64,000 bases of DNA from Cycas panzhihuaensis. Its lineage: Eukaryota; Plantae; Cycadophyta. The notes below the pieces were generated by a model. That model did no database searches. It was given only the letters and a program-made list of their open reading frames with translations, and was not told the origin of the DNA. Below, piece by piece: positions 38,050 through 49,850 of this stretch (position 1 is its first letter; every line of letters begins with the position of its first letter). Location of the stretch: positions 151,287,741 through 151,351,740 of the forward strand of contig CM041465.1 of NCBI GenBank assembly GCA_023213395.1, given 5' to 3'. Position numbers and translations under genes: made by a program.

Positions 38050-39661
38050 CCCATTAATGCATTTCTGATGTAGACCTAATATACTTGCAAGTTTGTTTTT
38101 TAGCCATTTACATTGATTTATATTTGGCAATTGCCCCTTTTATTTTATTTTTAGCATTTGATATTTGATATACTCCATTATTTTTGGCATTTTTCACCTT
38201 TGATATTTATAAGGATCTTTGATACTTTAACATTTAATTTTTCATTTGATCAAAGTCACCTTATATTAAGGTTATCATTTATGAAGCCCTTTTGATAAAG
38301 ATAATCTACCCTTGAGTGTCATATTGGATCACCTATTAGTATGGAGTCTTTGCAATTAAGATTATGGTGATATGATGGGTGATTGATGATGTGGCAAAGA
38401 GTTCTTTGCATAACAAGGTTGCTTGTTGATATATGAGGCTATGGGCTATTGGTTACTTTGAGGTGATTAAATACTCTTTGTATGCAAGCATATGAGAGAG
38501 TATTAGTGGCAAGATAAGTGACATGAGATGAAGTTTGAGGCTTCTTATTATTCTTTTGAATGTGATTGTATGAGAATACTTTGATAATATGAGGTATTGA
38601 TGAGGTGACTATTGAGGCTTTCTCGCATGTATTGTATATGGGAGAGTACTTTTGCAATATGAGACAACATTAATTCATGTCAATTATGATTGTTTAATGA
38701 TAGTTTGAGTGCTTTCTTACATATGTTTGTATGAGAGAGATATTGTGACGTAATGTGGTGATGAAGTGATAATGCATGTGACATATAACAATTAAGTGCT
38801 CTGTGGAATGTGATTTACGTGAAGGGACTTTATGGGCATAATGAAGCTAATTTGAGGGCAAGAAAGATAATGATTTGACGCAATGAGATGCTTGTTACAT
38901 GCGAGGTTACATGACAAGATTGGGCAATTATTGGACATGTTTTGAGGATAAGATTAGGGATGTTTGATGATGTGTTCTAGTTGATTGAATAGGCAAAGAA
39001 TGATGAGTTTTTTTTTATTGATGATACCTAAGTTGCAGGAAAGCAAAATTGTTGAATAGTGTAATGGCATGAGTTGTGTTTTTTGGGCAATCAAGTGAAG
39101 TGTGTGTCTTGATAGCAACATAGGCCATATATAATTATTGTGAGATTTATGAGGCATTGGTTTGGTGAAGTGAGTGTTTGGATTCTATGTAACTGTTTGG
39201 CGATATGTGAAATGGATAAGGCAATGATGTGAGAGATATGAGACATGAGAAATTTTATTAAGAGTGATCAATAGGTAAGTTACGAATGATAAGTGAGTTT
39301 GTTGATTAAAAAATTGGAGGTGGTATGAGGAAATGGCATTTACAAACATGGAGGAGAATGATGTGGTCATGTATGTTCCTAAAACAAATGAATACTACTT
39401 AAGGGATTTGTTTCTTCTAATACCTAAGTGTAATGGTGAAGACTACTTCTTTTGGACAATTAAAATGAGATGCCTTTTCATAGCTAGAGGTTTGTGGAAG
39501 ATTGTTACTGATGAATATGATATCTCTAAGGATGAAGAAGAAAAGGAAATACTTGAGAAGAAAGATAGAAAGGCATTCATTATGATTTGTGCTACATTCA
39601 ACGAGGTTGATCTTCCTTCCAAATACCATTTTGTCATTCCTATGATTCTACATGTAAGTAC

Positions 39662-42600
39662 TGTTGGAATATTAATGCACATTTGTTTTGTCCCACATGC
39701 AAGTGGGTTCCACTCTCACTATATTGACATATATTATAAATATACAACATAGTGTATCATATCAAATGATGTTGTAACGATGTTTTGTTAATATAATGGA
39801 GGTACCTTAAGGGTATCGTTCGATCTTGTGGAGGTGTGTTTGTTTCTATTTATGATTATCTTATTACAGGTTCTATTTTCAACATGGTATCAGAGCACCT
39901 AGGTTGAGAGAGGTGTTTTTGTTCGGTATTAGAGCAGTGATTTGGGAGGTGCCATAATGTTGAAATTTCTAAAAGGTAATAGCAAAATTAAGATGAAATA
40001 GCTTGTTCTGTAAAATTTGAGTGGTCACACTATAGATTTTCGGCTGAAAATGTGAAAATTGCAGCAAAATTAATTTCAGCCTGCATTTTTTCCATCACCG
40101 TATTTTTGGGACAAATCTACAACCTCAATTTCAAAGAGCCATAACTTTAGCTACAGGTATCTAAATGACCTCAATTCTTCTTTTATTCTGTGCGTTTTTT
40201 AATTTTCTATCTAATGAAAGTGGTTTAAGGTTCATCAAATTTCAGAATAAAATGTTATGAGTAATTTATTAGAAGGTACTATTACAGCCCCTAAAAACCC
40301 TAATTATGAAATTCTTAAAAGGAGTATAACTTTTGATCTGGATATCAGAATTCAATTTTGTCTAAACCATTGGAATTGTATTTCAGAGGCCATCATTTCC
40401 ATCTATATTTTATGTATTTTTTAGCTATACTTTTTTTTAGAAATAAGTTTTTGAGAATTTAAGGGTTTTATATTGATATGGTGACATGAATGAGGTAATG
40501 GTAATGAAGTGATTATTTGACACTCTCTTATATATGTTGTGCATGGGAGAGTATTATTACAAGTGAGATGATATTAAGTTATGTTGATGTGAATGCATTT
40601 GGCACTCTATTGGTGATTTGAAGTGCATGATGGTGATTGTTTAATGGAAAATTAAGTACCTTCTTACATGTGTTCATATGAGAGAGCTATTGTGATGATG
40701 ACATAGTATGGGAATGAAGCAATAGTGCATGTGTTTGCATGAATGAGTTGGATGGCATATGGTGATTTAGTGCTCCTTGGAATGTGATTTATGTAAAGGG
40801 ACTTTATGGGCATGATAAGACTAATTTGAGGGCAAGAAAGATAGTGGTATGAGGCGATGAGATGCATGTTGCATGTGAGGTTAACATGACAAGATTGGGC
40901 AATTATTGGGCATGTTTTGAGGATGAGATTAGGGATGTTTGATGATGTGTTCTAATTGATTGAATGGGCAAAGAAGGATGAGTTTCTTTTATTGAAGATA
41001 CCTGAGTTATAGGGAAACAAACTTTGTTGAGTGGTGTTGTGGCATGAGTTATGTTTTGGGCAATTAAGTGAAGTGTGATGTGTCTTGGCGATTTAATGGT
41101 GACATGAGATATGCATGATTCCTGTGAGATGTATGTGGTATAAGATTTGATTCTATGGTGGAGAAAGTGCTTCAGATATTCTTTGCATGTGACTATTTGG
41201 CAATATGTGAGATGCATAAGGCAATGATGTAATGATGAAGTCAGTGATATGAGGGACATGAGACATAAGAAAGTTTGTTCATATTGATGGGTGAATTTGT
41301 TGATTGAAAAAGGGACAGTGTGTCAGAAAATAGCATTTACAATCATGGAGGATAATGATATGGTTATGTATGTTCCTGAAACAAATGAATACTACCTAAG
41401 GCATTAGTTTCTTCGAGTACCTAAGTGTAATGGTGAAGACTACTTCTTTTGGACAATTAAAATGAGATGTTTATTCATAGCTAGAGATTTGTAGAAGATT
41501 GTTACTGATGAATATGATATCCTTAAAGATGAAGAAGAAAAGGAAATGCTTGAGAAGAAAGATAGAAAAGCATTCATTATAATTCATGCTGCATTCAATG
41601 AGGTTGATCTTCCTTCCAAATTCCATTTTGTCATTCATATGATTCTACATGCAAGTAATGCTAAAGAAGCTTGGGATTTTCTAAAGGAAGTATTTGAACA
41701 AACCCCTGAAGAGACACAATGAATGATTGAAAAAAAAATTAAGGCTAGTTATAGTACAGGTACAACGAATGAAGAAAGTATCATCAACACTGATGAGACA
41801 GCATGTCAAGATGAAGAATGTTTGAGTACTGACGAAACTTCTACTATTGAATGAATTGATGAGATTATAGATGAAGACATTGAAAGTGATGAATTGATTT
41901 CAAGGGAGATTTAATATAAATCCGATGGTTCTATAAAGGATGAGTCTTATATTGATGATATTCCTACTTTGAGTATTGATTCAAGTTTGAATGATATTTC
42001 TTCTTTGAGCATTGTTTCAAGTTCAAAGAGTATGCAAATTGATCAAGACTCCACTTCTAAGGTTGAAGAAATCATTGTTGTACATAGTGTTCAAGAGTTT
42101 ATACAAGATAATGATGACAGGCAAGTTGTGATTGAAGATGGTTATTTACAGGATCTACATCATAATAAGACTAGACCAGGTACAATGAATAATCATGATT
42201 TTCACTTGCTAGAGCCACTACATCAACATCATCACTACAGGATTGAAGACAAAAATCAAGTTAAGGACATCATTCTACAAAGATATCAGTATATAATTGA
42301 AGACACAAATCAAGATGAAGACATCATTCTACAGCAAAGACATCACTACAAGTTTGAAGACAAGGATCAAGTTGAAGACATCATTTTCAAGACACTTCCA
42401 AGGACAAGGCGTTACAAGTACAAATGATCCAAATGTGCATTAAGGGGGAGTGTGGGAATATTAATGCACATTTATTTTGTCCCACATGCAAGTGGGTTCC
42501 ACTCTCACTATATTGATATATATTATAAATATACAATATAGTGTATCATATCAAATGATGTTATAACGATGTTTTGTTAATATAATGAAGGTACCTTAAG

Positions 42601-42673
42601 GTATTGTTTGATCATGTAGAGGTGTGTTTGTTTCTGTTTGTGATTATCATATTACAGGTTCTATTTTCCAACA
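39662..42673 (+). mobile_element. Gag-only LTR element G, same family as F and nested in its gag
   Basis: LTRs at 39662-39884 and 42451-42673. PBS at 39885, PPT aagggggag, perfect TSD AGTAC. Confidence 0.95.
41345..42427 (+). pseudogene. Truncated Copia gag N-terminus with acidic tail and His-rich repeats
   Basis: ATG 41345 is in frame with track ORF 41969..42427, with about four internal stops. NAKEAWDFLKEVF motif. The ORF ends just before the PPT. Confidence 0.75.
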
Positions 42674-42871
42674 AGTACTACTAAAAAAGCTTGGGATTTT
42701 CTAAGGGAAGTATTTAAACAAACTCTTGAAGAGACATAACAAACGATTGAAAAGATAATTAAGGTCAGTTATGGTTATGGTACAGGTACAATGAATGAAG
42801 AAAATATCAACAATACTAATGAAATGACATGTCAAGATGAAAAACATATGAGTACTAATGAAATTTCTACT

Positions 42872-45450
42872 GAACGTAAAGAAACAATGGTTGAATGCTG
42901 GATGCGCTGCTACGGGATAACTACCTAACTGATAGGTGTAAGGGAGAGTGAGTGGTGGAATGATGGAAGGTGGAACCTAAAAGGTGGGTAACTACCACGC
43001 ATAGCGCCCCGTACGCCGGAGCGCGAGTTCGGGATCTGTAATGTAGTGTGGCTACTATCGGGTGACCCTTCACCGCCTTGAATAAGAGATGAAGGTACGT
43101 AGGGCTAACCTGAGTTGACCTGGGAATAGGACCCTCCCACCCTTGGGTGGCGGAAGGGGAAGAGAAGGCCTAATGGAGACAGGCCAAGGGCAATCCTACA
43201 CAACCTAACCGGGTACACGAGTGAAGCTGGAAGCAAGGCACTCGTGTGGTCAAGGGGAGAAGAGGAAAGGTAGGGGAGAGAAGGGCTCCTACAATCTTTC
43301 CTATGAATGATAAAGATGCATGAAACAAGACAAAAGAATCGCAAGTAAGTACCAAACCAATTTTTCCCTTTAATCCTTCAATGTACTAATTACTACGAAA
43401 GAAATAAAAGGAAAAGAAAGGGTAGCGGAGGGGAACGAACGTGCACCTGGAGCGAAGGCGTGCGAGACGAAGTAACCTTCTCGAGGGGCGTCCAACCACT
43501 CCATGTGACGTCTTGGATGCGAGATATTGTATGACGAAGAGGGCTTCCTTACCTTCCCCGGAAAATCAAATGCAATACCAAGAAAGAAAGGAAGCACCAA
43601 CTAAGAAATGAAATAGCATGAAAACATAACGTATATGAAGGTGCTTACCGGTAGCTAGGCCCAGGCGATGCACTCCACGCTTCCCAAGTACTGCAAGAGC
43701 AATAGCGGTCTCTTTCTCTTCCAGAAGGAAGAGCACTAACATGCAACACAAAAACTCTAACAACATATGCCTAAATAACATAAGCGAGAATTTGAATATA
43801 CATGCGTTAGTGCTAATCCAACAATGAAAGTATCAAAAGAAAGTGACCAAAGTGAAAGTAAATGGTTGGGTAAGCCTCGGAGTGGCCTACCTCCCGCAAA
43901 TGATGCCCAAACCTCCCCCCAAGAGCCACGAGGCGTGAGGGAAAGTCAAGAGCGGTGGAAAATGGCAGAAAAAGGGGCAAAGAAAGGCCCAAGGGTACCC
44001 ACGGCGAACCGGGATGCTATGAAGAGCAAACTGGGTGACCCAGGAGAGAAAGGTGGAGCAAGAAACCAGCGGTTGGGACTTATGAGTGATGCCCAAACCC
44101 AAGCAAAGGCTCCAAATCAGCGCTGCAACTTGTGACAGCGCTAGTTTGGGCAACCAAAGGGAGCCTTCAAACCCTTGTTTGCAGGCCAAGGACAGCACGG
44201 GGGCGAGAGGGAGGTTTTGGGGGGCTAAGAGCCGCCTAGGGAGCGTGGAAGGTGGTACGGAATCCACCCAGCTCCTCTCCAAAACCTATGCAACCCCTCC
44301 ACACCACTGCCTTAGACAAAGACGCAGTAAGAAGCACAGGGAGAGTGGTATAACAGCCCCCAAAAGGGAGGACAACCAACTCTCAAGCAACAAGTAAGAG
44401 CAAATAGGCTGAAGCATGAATATCACGAGAAAACAAGCATAAAAACAAAGAATACCTGAAGAGAAGAGGCAAGGGATTTGCCTCAGTCAAAGCGTGGAGA
44501 AGGACTGATAAATCAGCCCAGATCTGAAGTAGAGCAGGTTTGAGGTCCTGCCGCAGAGGTGTGACAGGAAACACCTGCACTAAGGGCGCTTATGGACTAC
44601 CTGGACGAAGACCGGTTGGAAACCACTTTAAAGGAGCCCTCTCCAAGGCGTTTGAGGGGCTGGGAGAATGTCTCAGCTACGCCAAAAGAGAGTCTTTGTA
44701 TGAAGGGTGCAGTCCGATTGATGCAACAAGCAGAGAGAAGCGAGGCGGAGAGTGTTTCCTTGAGAGCAATTCCAAAAGTGAGCCAAAAAGATCCTTGAAA
44801 ATGAGCCAAAAAGGGCTTAAGTACTCAAGCAAAACCCTAAAGCGTGCGGTTATGGCGCCGCTGGAAGAGAAATAAAGAGCGAGCCACGTGGCGCAATAAA
44901 TGCGAAATTGCCACGGATTTTTAAAACAACTCGAGATTAAATCGTGGCCGGAACATTCGCATGTGAATATTCCGTGATCGCGAAAAATCCGTGAGACGCA
45001 CTAAAGTGAAAATGGGGCCCACCAACGGTCGGGTTGAGGCGGGGCGATAGAAAAGGCTAACATAACGCTAAAACACCCACCCGGGAGCAAACAAGCGAAC
45101 AAAACGGGTCCAAAGGAGCGAAAGTAGGGCTCGAGTAGGGTGGCAAGTTGACCAAACGATGATGAGTCATCACACGGGCGGAGGTGGCGCAAACCTAGTG
45201 GATCCTGGAGTGAGGAGGGCATATGCGGGAAGTAATGCTGTCACCAGGGTGCCACACTCGCTGGGAGTGTGCCCCTGCTATAGTCGTCATAGGCTAGCAT
45301 AGGTGTGGACGACTACGGGGCCGCCCACAAAGTCATACACATGCAGATACGCAAGCAAACATCCAGTAAAAGAAAGCGATGATAATGCGAGAGACATACC
45401 TGCACTTACCTAAGTCGGTGATTCTGTATCCATTCCCGGAAGCTGGGAAA
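42872..45450. other. GC- and CpG-rich 2.6-kb insertion of unidentified type in the element F ORF
   Basis: Sharp composition change. The flanks rejoin to match the uninterrupted element G sequence (~41848-41865). No TSD or matching termini. Confidence 0.8.
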
Positions 45451-48219
45451 TAAATGCATTGATGAGACTATAACTACTGATGAAGACATTAAAAGTGATG
45501 AATCGATAAAGGTTTATTTAGATGACACTATTATTTCAAGAGAAATTGAATATGAATTTGATGGTCCTATAGAAGATGAGTCTCGGATTGATTCAGGTCT
45601 AAATAATGTTCCTTTTTTAGTATTAATCCAAGTTCAAAGAGCATACGAGTTGATCAAGATCTCATTCCAAGGATTAAAGAAATCACTATTGTATATGGTG
45701 ATTAAGAGTTTATACAGGATAATGATGACAGGCAAGTTGTGATTGAAGATGGTTACTTACAAGATCTTCATCAAAATTAGATTAGACTAGCCACAATAAA
45801 GAATCAAGATTTGCACTTACTAGAGCATCTACATCAATGTCATCGCTACAGAATTGAAGATGGAAATCAAGCTGAGGATATCATCTTACAAAGGCATCAG
45901 TACAGAATTGAAGATGAAAATCAAGATGAAGACATCATTCTATAGCAAATACATCACTACAAAATTGAAGACAAGGATCAAGTTGAAGACATTATTTTCA
46001 AGACATTTCCAAGGACAAGACGTTGCAAATACAAATGACCCAAATGTGCATTAAGAAGTAGTGTTGGAATATTAATGCACATTTGTTTTGTCCCACATAC
46101 AAGTGGATCCCACTCTCTCTATATTGACATGTATTATAAATACACAACATTGTGTATCATATTGTATCGATTGTAATTATATAGTAATGATGTTTTCTTA
46201 ATATAATGGAGGTACCTTAAGGGTACCATTCAATCTTGGAGGTGTTTGTTCTATTTGCGAATATTTTATTGCAGGTTCTATTTTCCAACATCCTCTACCT
46301 CTTCATCACTATTACTTATTCCTTTTGAGTTTTTGTCCCAGTCAAGGTTATTACTTACTTCCAATGTCTTACTAAGATTAGATATAAGGGCCTCTTATGT
46401 TTTGATAGTTGATTTTATTACTATGGTACCACCTTCACTTTCAACATCTAAGGGTGCTTATAACCTAATTATTTATGTTGTGTTAGTAGACCTATTCTTG
46501 AACCCATCTTTTGATGGCATAACTTTCTTTTGTAGACATTGATCTTTATGCTCCATGGCCTAATATATTGTCCTCTATTATCCTAAATCTAGGACTCCTT
46601 GGTTTAAAGACTTCTTAGATGGTATTAGAAGGTCCCTAGTTACCATGGTTTAGTTAAAAGCTACCATTATATTAGCAATCAAGGTCCTTAGTTCTTTGAG
46701 TATATTCTCTCACCCTATGATCAAACTTAGGTTCTTTAATTAAAATAAGGGATTTAGTAATAGAACTAATATTGATTAGGTTATGATGTGCTAGTTGTCC
46801 TAAGACTGCATATTTATACTTTGGTCACATGTTATCTTCACCTTGATGTCATCCTTGACATGTCTTCAAGTGTTACTCATCTTGTTGGCTTGTTATTGTA
46901 TGCCCATACTCATATACACATAGATGACATAGATGTAAGCACTTGCATGAGCACATATATATCCATCATATATAAGTTTTCCTCATATCTCATGATTTCA
47001 TTAAATAAGAGCCAAGTATAATGCTTTACCATAGGTATGCTTTAGTAGATTAACTCTCATATTAGGGAACATGACATATTATTAGATAATTTAGCTCTCA
47101 CATTGAAATCAAAGTGAGAATTCCCTATTTATATCCTTTTTACAACTATTGAATATTACATTTGACATTTTCATAACAAAACATGATTATAATTCACTCA
47201 TAACACCCTTTGCATATGCTCATATACCCATATGATTGTATAAACACTTTATGTTATGGTTGCTAAAATGGTAAAAAATTCTTCCCTTTTTATTATTCCC
47301 ATTCCCTTTGGCTTGTTTCCATTACCTTGAGATCATTTTCATTCCATGGTAGTCTATCAACCATTCCCTAAGAGTTGAATTACCAAATTATAACCATGTG
47401 AGTTAGTCATACAATTGTTTCCAAGTATGTTTTTCATTATTTTGTATTCTCAAATTTGCCATTCCATTGTTGGAGTTGTAGATGAGGCCATTCTAAATTA
47501 TTAGAAGTGCCCATATGTTTGTTTCCATGCATATAGTAGTTAAGCATATAAACTTTTATTTCTATTTAACATTAGAAGATCATGCATATAGAAAATTTAA
47601 TTAAGTTGCTTCTTTCCCTAAATGAACCTTATGAGTCACTTTCTCTTGCATTTAGGGGAAATTAGTTTGAATCTAAGTAAGAGGTTATTATTTCTGATTT
47701 TGACAAGTTACATAAGTTTACTTTATTAGATTTTAAGGTGATTTAGGTAGTGTTATCTAAAAACTACTACTTAGAATACAAAAATCATTATATCTAAATA
47801 TAATTCAATGATCCAAAGTATGTTTTTTTTTAAATATAACATAGGATAATACAATGATATTCATCATAAATTTATGTAATATATTGTTATTTGCATTCTC
47901 TTATTTAAAATGCCCTATTGACAACACATACATTGCCATATTCCCTTTCAGATAAAGTAAACACTCAAATATGACTTACTTCATATATTATTATTATCAA
48001 ATATTCTCTCTTTAATATAAAAATCTAAAACATATTAAGAATAACATTCATAAAATTATGAATGCTTACAAGCACTTTGTTACCATATATAATGCAATAT
48101 TATTGCCAAGTTTTTCTAAAGCTCGTGGAATTATTAGAATTTTTTATTCTTTGATATATCATATTAGAATGTATTAATTATATATAGTGGAAGCATGTCA
48201 ATCAAGTATAATGAATAAA

Positions 48220-49850
48220 TCATATTATGAAGATTATGTACATAAATATAATGTAAGATAAACACATTAAGCAATATCATGAATACAATATATTAAACAT
48301 TAACATAATATTAATGAACATGTATCACAAAAGACAACATATTTATATATAAAAAACCTGGTGTGAGAAAAACTATGAGAGAATGTTAAAGTTGGAAGCC
48401 CCTCTTTATGATATTAAATACATTACATCTCTAAGTAAATGTTTTCTCTCTCAAGTTCTCAAGTGATGTGTATATATATTTACAGATTATATTATCTCAT
48501 AAATAGCCTATAATATCTCTTGAGCTTTTTATCATCCAATAGGATATGTGCATGAATAATCATGTATTGTCATATATATGAATACTTTTATGAGTAGAAT
48601 TTTATATGGGTATATACTAACACATTAAACATTACATATATGATAATATCATATATTACAACACTCCTCTTTAATGTTTAATGTCTTTAATTTCTAATCT
48701 TTAAGTCTTTAACCTTGGTCTTCATTTATTTATACTTTTCTTATATGCTAGAATCTGTAAACCTATATTAAATCTATATCAAGATGTATCAAATTGAATT
48801 AAGTTATATCACTTATAATATGTAAATCTATTAGCATCATGCTTGTCTCTTATAAGCAATTAACCTATAACCATATACAGTCATTTGTGATCATTAGTAA
48901 CCAACTATGATCATCCACCTATAAAACTTATAAACTAATCATCAATCAACCAAATAACTAATCTCAATTCATAACTTTTACTTATCATATTTATATAAAA
49001 TTTCCTACTCAATAACTTCATATCTTCACCTATAAAGTTACTATCAATTAACATTATCAATCTGTCATCTCAATAATCTCATTAATGAAATAAGTTATTG
49101 ATGTCCATATAAAACAAGAACCATCTAATGAAATACATTGGTTACAAGTCGTTGTAATCGTTAGTTCTCTAGGAAGTATTTCTTATATATGGTTCATCAT
49201 CAAACAAAACAACACTAGTTATTAAGCTCTCATTTTTTGTATACGAGAATAACAATACTTGCTATGTATTATATAAGAGTAATATTATTTATCTTACCTT
49301 TTGCATATAAGAAAATAACATCATACATATTTTGTAGCTTTTATTTGGTAACTAATAAATATCATCAATATCAATAATTCAATAAGTTGAACGTACTAAG
49401 TTTAGGAATAGGGCATACCACTTGGTTAAGTTAAGTTAGTTGTAATAAGGTAATGTAAATAGTGTGTTATTATGTCTGTTATCATATATGATAAGTCAAA
49501 TTTCTCACTAACAAACATATTTCTAATATTAGTTGGACTCCTTAATAACTGAATTTTGGTGTGCTAAGTAATCAATATATGAGAATTCTTCTTTATATCT
49601 CATAAACAGGTGGAAAATAAACATCATCTTATCAATTCTCTAACATCGACTCTAAATAAACTACACCCTTCATTAATGAAAATTAGGTAGTATCATCAAT
49701 ATGTATAATAAACCAAGTGATCATGACATTTAATTAGTGTTATGCATTCACTAAATCAAGTGTGCTAAATGCCAAAGGGGATTTTTATCATGTTCAACAT
49801 ATCTAAGACTTCCACAATAATTTTTTATCAAAGGTGTTCTGCATCTTTAA
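48220..49850 (-). mobile_element. Highly decayed Copia remnant (3' LTR/PPT and integrase traces)
   Basis: aaca|ctcctctttaatg at ~48660-48676 is an LTR edge plus reverse PPT. Minus-strand WFIIHIDD (~49690-49720), HQNSVIKE (~49540-49570) and SVVLFDDE (~49190-49220) lie in integrase order. Boundaries are approximate. Confidence 0.5.

Larger units (their letters stand above)
36433..46290 (+). mobile_element. Gag-only non-autonomous LTR element F (TR-GAG-like, Copia-derived)
   Basis: 229-bp LTRs at 36433-36661 and 46062-46290 (TGTTGG...CCAACA). PBS at 36662, TSD tcctt/tcctc. The gag ORF (CNGEDYFFWTIKMRCLFIARGLWKIV) is split by insertions at 39662 and 42872. No pol. Confidence 0.92.

Noticed and set aside
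39923-39936. Second PBS-like motif cggtattagagca in element G
   Set aside because: It is not adjacent to an LTR end and is probably a short local duplication.
43105-45222. Many overlapping ORFs in the GC-rich island
   Set aside because: They are expected from GC content and show no recognisable domains.
42871-45458. Solo LTR (TG...CA) or Helitron
   Set aside because: The flanks tctac/ttgat are not a TSD and the apparent CA lies in host sequence homologous to G. There are no TC...CTRR ends or A/T insertion site.
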